64,000 nt of DNA from contig CBDDBZ010000031.1 in NCBI GenBank assembly GCA_965225945.1, forward strand, positions 1 through 64,000. The letters run 5' to 3'. The translations under genes were made by a program, and so were the position numbers. Each line of letters starts with the position of its first letter. Position 1 is the first letter of the stretch. This document shows, piece by piece, positions 60,001 to 64,000 of the stretch. Below the pieces are notes generated by a model. The model saw nothing but the letters and a program-made list of their open reading frames with translations, had not been told where the DNA came from and did no database searches. This DNA comes from Alphaproteobacteria bacterium. GTDB lineage: Bacteria > Pseudomonadota > Alphaproteobacteria > GCA-2731375.

Positions 60001-60317
60001 GCGACCAGGGTCAGACGGCCGACCTCCACCCGGCCGAGCAGCAGCGGCAGCAGTTCGACGCGAGCACGAACCGAGCGAACCGCGATACTGACTCCACGAT
60101 CGTCGGATAGGCGCAAGCCGTCCAGTGCGAGGATCGGCTCGGGCAGGAGGCGGAAGCGAATGGCGCCGTCGATCACTACCCGCCGCCCCGTGAGGTCGCC
60201 GGCCGCGGCGGCGATCTCCTCTCGGTAGCGATTCCAGTCGACGACGCTCGGCAGCGTCAGAACGACCCCGATCGCGGCGACGACCAGGACGAGCGAAGCG
60301 ATGGCGAACTTGCGCAA
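57021..60317 (-). CDS. AsmA-family protein
   Basis: N-terminal TM then P..VDWN.YR..I......TGR.V.I.G.I..RLLP.P. Long beta-rich body. Confidence 0.85.
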   Translation of the reverse strand: MRKFAIASLVLVVAAIGVVLTLPSVVDWNRYREEIAAAAGDLTGRRVVIDGAIRFRLLPEPILALDGLRLSDDRGVSIAVRSVRARVELLPLLLGRVEVGRLTLVAPEVDVVLGAAGHPPAAATTGPLARLTPGTAFQVIEVEGGRLRVADPRDHSSWTVGDIEGEGTARSLDGPFSARGRAVIDGIEVDFTLNVARLRPDGTVAIPRLRVGIVRAGAKLGFSGSLRPHEGGRSLQGSISLEAPNLARLGEALGGEGPAPLPHGPLALTARVEGQGRELALDDINLSLAGARFSGALSVVIGRPLRFDLALEANRIDLDAMLPRAQWNWTEAVRMVSGAVAWAPRRLFGRIDLDLGGLTYRGGVLRQTRISAICAEGVMRVEKIATLLPGGSRFEFTGVAREMERPGRLQGRIALNSDNLSRFLDWLGFDVAAIPSGRLAGLSLTGEAKVDGDLLQFADILARFDDSRLEGEITYLIQQRPVFGAALSLDRLDLDSYVQPAAIAGRSGLARAPPADTLRPLLARLEDFDANLQLAVGELTLAGLPLERIELDVGLRQGRMTMRRARIGALAGASVAFTATAGGFATAPKLKARFQAASDDLSELAHRLAIPDASAAKELGRASVEGDLELDFERVGFEAAVTVLGLRTTLDGRIDHARDDLPIELRLEAEHADVGEFATALGWSLSPLAGALAGSATVSGNRRALMLDARLEGAGGRAEILGRIAKPITAPRLNLAVRLSHEDPAALLGRDRGFPPLAAPGAATAARDAELSTRIAGPLGRLAFEELKLRLGGLKLEGSASLDTEGPRNRVELRLRAEDVVLAAPAPWPPLDEDGAPWSRAPFEFAAIPDVDVRLTLEGARLRIGDIVVDEPRLALVVRPGVVEVERFAGRLFGGQLDLRGQVLLRGTPGASFRVDLAEADFAALIGATGGAARVSGRITILGALDALGASPRDMARGLSGGFQVEISEGAVADFALARLDARLSERDEGPPDRAALTRALSGESAELSLAGRWNLAGGIARTLDSAGWLDTYAVTLRGEVDVANWRLDLDARARLPAVGAEGPDLEVAIAGPLSEARVALNLERLARAMARRVRASR

Positions 60318-60412
60318 ACGTTCCTCCGCGATAGCGCCGCCGAAACCGTGACGCTAGCATTGCGATGGCAGGGTGGCGGGATCATTCCGCGCGAGCGGAT
60401 AATGCCCCAGCC

Positions 60413-60697
60413 TAGTGGATAGAATCCAACATATGGTAGCCCTACGATCCCATATCCTGGTTTCTCGCCAGGAGGGCGCCCGCCGGCGATGCCGGCACAT
60501 CGTCAAGGGTGCCCGACGCAGCGAGAAGCCAGGATTTGGGAGAAGCCAGGATATGGGACCCGAAGGGCGGCTTCCCGAGCCCGCCGGACGCGTTGCCCGG
60601 CGCTTGTGATGCGCCCCCATCACGGCGCACCGGGCGCCTTTCCGGAAGAACTCGGGAAACCGTCGTAGGGGTACCATATGTTGGATTCTATCCACTA
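60413..60697. mobile_element. MITE-like element (285 bp) with 35-bp terminal IRs and internal hairpins
   Basis: 60413-60447 pairs with 60663-60697 (34/35 complementary). Both termini are TA. Confidence 0.6.
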
Positions 60698-60816
60698 AAC
60701 CATCGTCCGAGCCGGCTGAACCACCCGGCCCCGGGCATTCCACCGATGCTTTCGATAAGGTTCCGGCCTCGCCCGGGCGGATCATGCTCTGGCTATCAAA
60801 TCTCCTGACCGATCAC

Positions 60817-62588
60817 CTACGTGGGTAGTCCGGCCTTGCCCAGACCTTCGCGATGGTGGTCTCTGTCGGCGGATAACTCGTAGGGCAGGATCGAGAGATA
60901 GCTCTCGATCGAGAAATCCGGCTTCAACCGAAGCGTTTCGGCCACCTCCCTCTCGCAATCCGATGCATTTCCCATCTGGGCATGGCACGCGCCCAAGTCA
61001 GCGTGATGTTGGTAGCGCGATACGCCGATCTGCATATACGCCTTGATCGCCTCGGCGTAGCGCTGCTCGGCGTACAACGCTCGGCCCAACAGGTGCGAGA
61101 AACTGTTGACACCCAGGGGGTCGAGACGCATCGCTGTTTGCACCCACTCGAGGCCCTCGGCATGGCGACCCATCCACGTCATCAGCTCGCCACGTTGCGC
61201 GGCCATACGGGGATCGTTCGGGTTCATCGCGAAGGCCCGGTTGTGGTACAGTTCGGCCTGAGCCAGCTCGCGCTGTTCCATGTTGATCTCGCACAGGATC
61301 CTGAGACACTCCATGTCGTTTTCATCCAGCGCCAGCGCCTTCTGTGCGTTTTCCACCCTCTGCTCGCCGGCAAGGTCGGGCTTTTCGGCATAGCCGCGAA
61401 GCACGGCTTGGCGAAGCGTGCACGCCTTCCAGGCATAGGCCGGGGCGTAGTTTGGATCGACTTCGATGGCTTTGTTCAGCGAATCGAGCGCCTCCGAGTT
61501 GGCCTCCTTCGTACCGACGTGATGGAGGATCTTGCTGCGCAGCACGTAATCGTATGCCGCCATGTCCCGCGGCGGCTTGCGCTTGATGCGTTCGATGTCC
61601 GCCACCTCGAGGCGCGCCGGCAGCGCACCGACGATGGCACGCGTCAATTCGTCCTGGAGCTCGAAGATGTCCGACAGTTCCCGGTCGTAACGCTCGGCCC
61701 AGACGTGCTGCTCGCTCGCCGCCTCGATCAGCTGCACGGTCACACGGATACGATTTCCGGCTTTGCGGATGCTGCCCTCGACGAGATAGAGCACGCCCAG
61801 CTCGCGGCCGACATCCTGCATGCGGACGGCCCGCCCCTTGTAGGTGAAGGCCGAGTTCCGGGCGATCACGAAAAGGCTCGGATATCGCGCAAGCTCGGTG
61901 ATGATGTCTTCCGTAATGCCGTCGGCGAAGAATTCCTGCTCGGGGTCGTCGCTCATGTTGACGAAGGGCAGCACCTCATGTTGACGAAGGGCAGCACCGC
62001 GATGGACGGCTTGTCGGGCGGCGGCGGCGCCTTGCCGTCGGGCGCGGTCACAACCGGAGCGGCGTTGAGCGGCCAATGCCAGACCTGGACCGGCCGGGCG
62101 ATGTTCTTCATTGCCTGAGCGCCGCCATCGGCGAATTCGATGCCGAGTTTTCCGAGCACCTCGGCGTGCACCTTCTCCGAGATACAGACGCCACCGGGTT
62201 CGGCGATCTCCTGCAATCGAGCGGCGACATTCACGCCGTCGCCGTAAATATCGTCGCCGTCCACGATGACATCGCCGAGGTTCACGCCTACCCGGAATTC
62301 AATCCGCCGGTCATCGGGCTCCTCGGCGCTCAGCTCCGCCACCTTGGCCTGGACCTCGACGGCCCAATTCACGGCGTCGACGACGCTCGGAAATTCGGCC
62401 AACAGTCCGTCCCCCATGAGCTTCACGACGCGACCGCCGTGCTCGGCGATCTTGGGCTCGACCAGTTCCGAAAAACGGGCCCTGAGGCGAGCGTGGGTGC
62501 CAACCTCGTCCACGCCCATGAGACGCGAATAGCCGACCACATCGGCGGATACGATGGCCGCCAATCTGCGTTGTGTCCGTTCCGTCAT
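60817..62588 (-). pseudogene. Adenylate/guanylate cyclase with TolB-like and TPR domains, frameshifted by a 23-bp tandem duplication
   Basis: RRLAAI..ADVVGYSRLM, GDGVNVAARL, KPSIAVLPF, FADGITEDII. CTCATGTTGACGAAGGGCAGCAC occurs twice at 61952-61997. Confidence 0.9.
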
Positions 62589-62776
62589 GGTTCGAGTCTA
62601 GCGGAGCTCGCGAGCGGTAGGAACAGCAATCTCGGTTCTTCGAGATGCGTGGATGCAGCAGTGACAGCTAAACGGCAACAATTGGCGATGCCCGGGCGTG
62701 GCCCAGGCGACGGCGCGCCGGGGAATTTACCCCCGCGTCCGGATCTCCGGTTCAACCGCGAAAGGTAAAGCGGTCG

Positions 62777-63304
62777 TCACTTCGATGGGTAGGAGTCGAT
62801 GGGGACCATGATGTGCGCATAGGGCGTATTGGGCCACATGATCCAGGGCCCGCCATTGTTCGGGTCGGTGGAAATATTGTCGAACATGGCCTGGTCCGGC
62901 ACCAAGATCATCAAATGCGCCTTTAGGCCCTCGACCCAATCGCCGTCTTCCTTCTTGCCGCCGGGCGTGATGTTGCTGATCGGCGCATCGCCGGCCAGCA
63001 TGTAGCCTATGCCGACCTTGTCGTAGCTCGGCGCCTTGCCGTTCGTCAGGGCATCGAGCAGGTTCTTCCAGGAGGCGTCGATACACCAGGGATCGGTGCC
63101 GCCGTTGTTCGGGATGTCCGGGAGGCAGGTCCAGCCGTTCGTTCCCTTGCGCAATACCTCACCCTTTCAGTCCATGATGGTGGCGTTTTTCGTCAAGGAA
63201 TCGGGCCCGGCGGAGAGGGCGCTTTGAATTTTCGCCTGATCCGCGTTGGCGGCAGTGGCAAGGAATACGGCAAATGCCGACGAGACCAGAGTTCTAAAGA
63301 ACAT
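62777..63304 (-). pseudogene. Secreted hypothetical protein with in-frame TGA at 63167-63169
   Basis: Signal peptide MFFRTLVSSAFAVFLATAANA. ATIMD-TGA-KGEVLRKGTNGWTC stays in frame. Confidence 0.7.
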
Positions 63305-63491
63305 TTCCCCCCCTTTCAGCCCGAAGGCCGAGCGATCCGATCCGAGGCAAGTACGAAGCAACTCCCACGATACAGAAATCGCCCAGATGCTCACAATGCC
63401 CAGATGCCTAGATTGATTGGGAAATTATAAATACTACTTGAAATCGTCCTCCTGACTCCCCATATTTCAATTGTAGAGAGGGAGACAGGAA

Positions 63492-64000
63492 ATGCCCCGC
63501 AAAGCCCCCGGAAAAGCCCATCGCGAAGGTCTGACGCTGGTTCAGATGATGGAGATGTTTCCGACGGATGAGGCCGCGACGGCGTGGTTCGAGTCGGTGG
63601 TATGGCCGGATGGGCGGCATTGTGGAAAATGTGGTTCGGTCAACACGCGGGAAGTCCCGAACGCGAAGCCGATGCCCTATTGGTGCACCGATTGCCGATC
63701 CTATTTCAGTGTCCGCACAGGCACGCCGATAGCTCGCTCCAATGTCCCTCTGCGCAAGTGGGCAATCGCGATCTACCTCTGCCTGACGAGCCTCAAGAGC
63801 GTGTCGAGCATGAAACTTCACCGGGACATTGGCGTTTCCCAGCCCACAGCTTGGTTCATGTTGCATCGCATCCGGGAAGCATGGGCAGTTGACGATGACG
63901 ACGACTTGGACGGGCCGGTAGAAGTCGACGAGACCTATTTCGGCGGGAAGCGCGAGAACATGCCGCTGTCGAAGCGGAGGGCGCTCACGGGCCGGGGGCC
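63492..64000 (+). mobile_element. IS1595-family transposase type D (partial, runs off window)
   Basis: MFPTDEAA..WFE...WP.G..C.KCGS..YWC.DC..YFSV.TGT, VEVDETYFGG. Confidence 0.85.

Noticed and set aside
63167-63169. Selenocysteine at the in-frame TGA
   Set aside because: The context (MD*KG) fits a TGG-to-TGA nonsense change. There is no redox motif or evident SECIS.

Overview
This is a high-GC alphaproteobacterial chromosomal window, judged from gene order and a perfect CtrA box. It has two very different halves. Bases ~2.7-29.6 kb are a nested graveyard of mobile elements, bounded by a 3' tRNA-Cys fragment and an intact tRNA-Ala(GGC). The elements are IS3-like x2, IS256 x2, IS630, IS110, an IS21-like end, an IS91-plus-integrase element in two pieces, three IS1595 types and a non-autonomous cassette. 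They are interleaved with broken genes (hemB, amt, glnK, an MFS transporter, a DndD-like ATPase). Bases ~29.7-60.3 kb are intact core genes: aroA-cmk-rpsA-sppA-ihfB-lapA-pyrF-trpFBA-accD-folC; trxA-addA-addB-murU; bamD-recN-ligA; fumC; and an AsmA-family gene. The window ends with two more pseudogenes and a fourth IS1595 type. The pattern resembles early genome erosion with an IS burst. The most striking candidates are: (1) a protein of six tandem Hfq/Sm-like domains, potentially a single-chain hexameric ring, in frame with Sel1 repeats across an amber codon; (2) a transposase-less IS1595-type cassette with 43-bp perfect inverted repeats, NrdR-box-like motifs and a passenger gene; (3) a highly structured 285-bp MITE; and (4) a CmcJ-like oxygenase with a PTS2-like N-terminus. 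All family calls come from motif recognition, not database searches.
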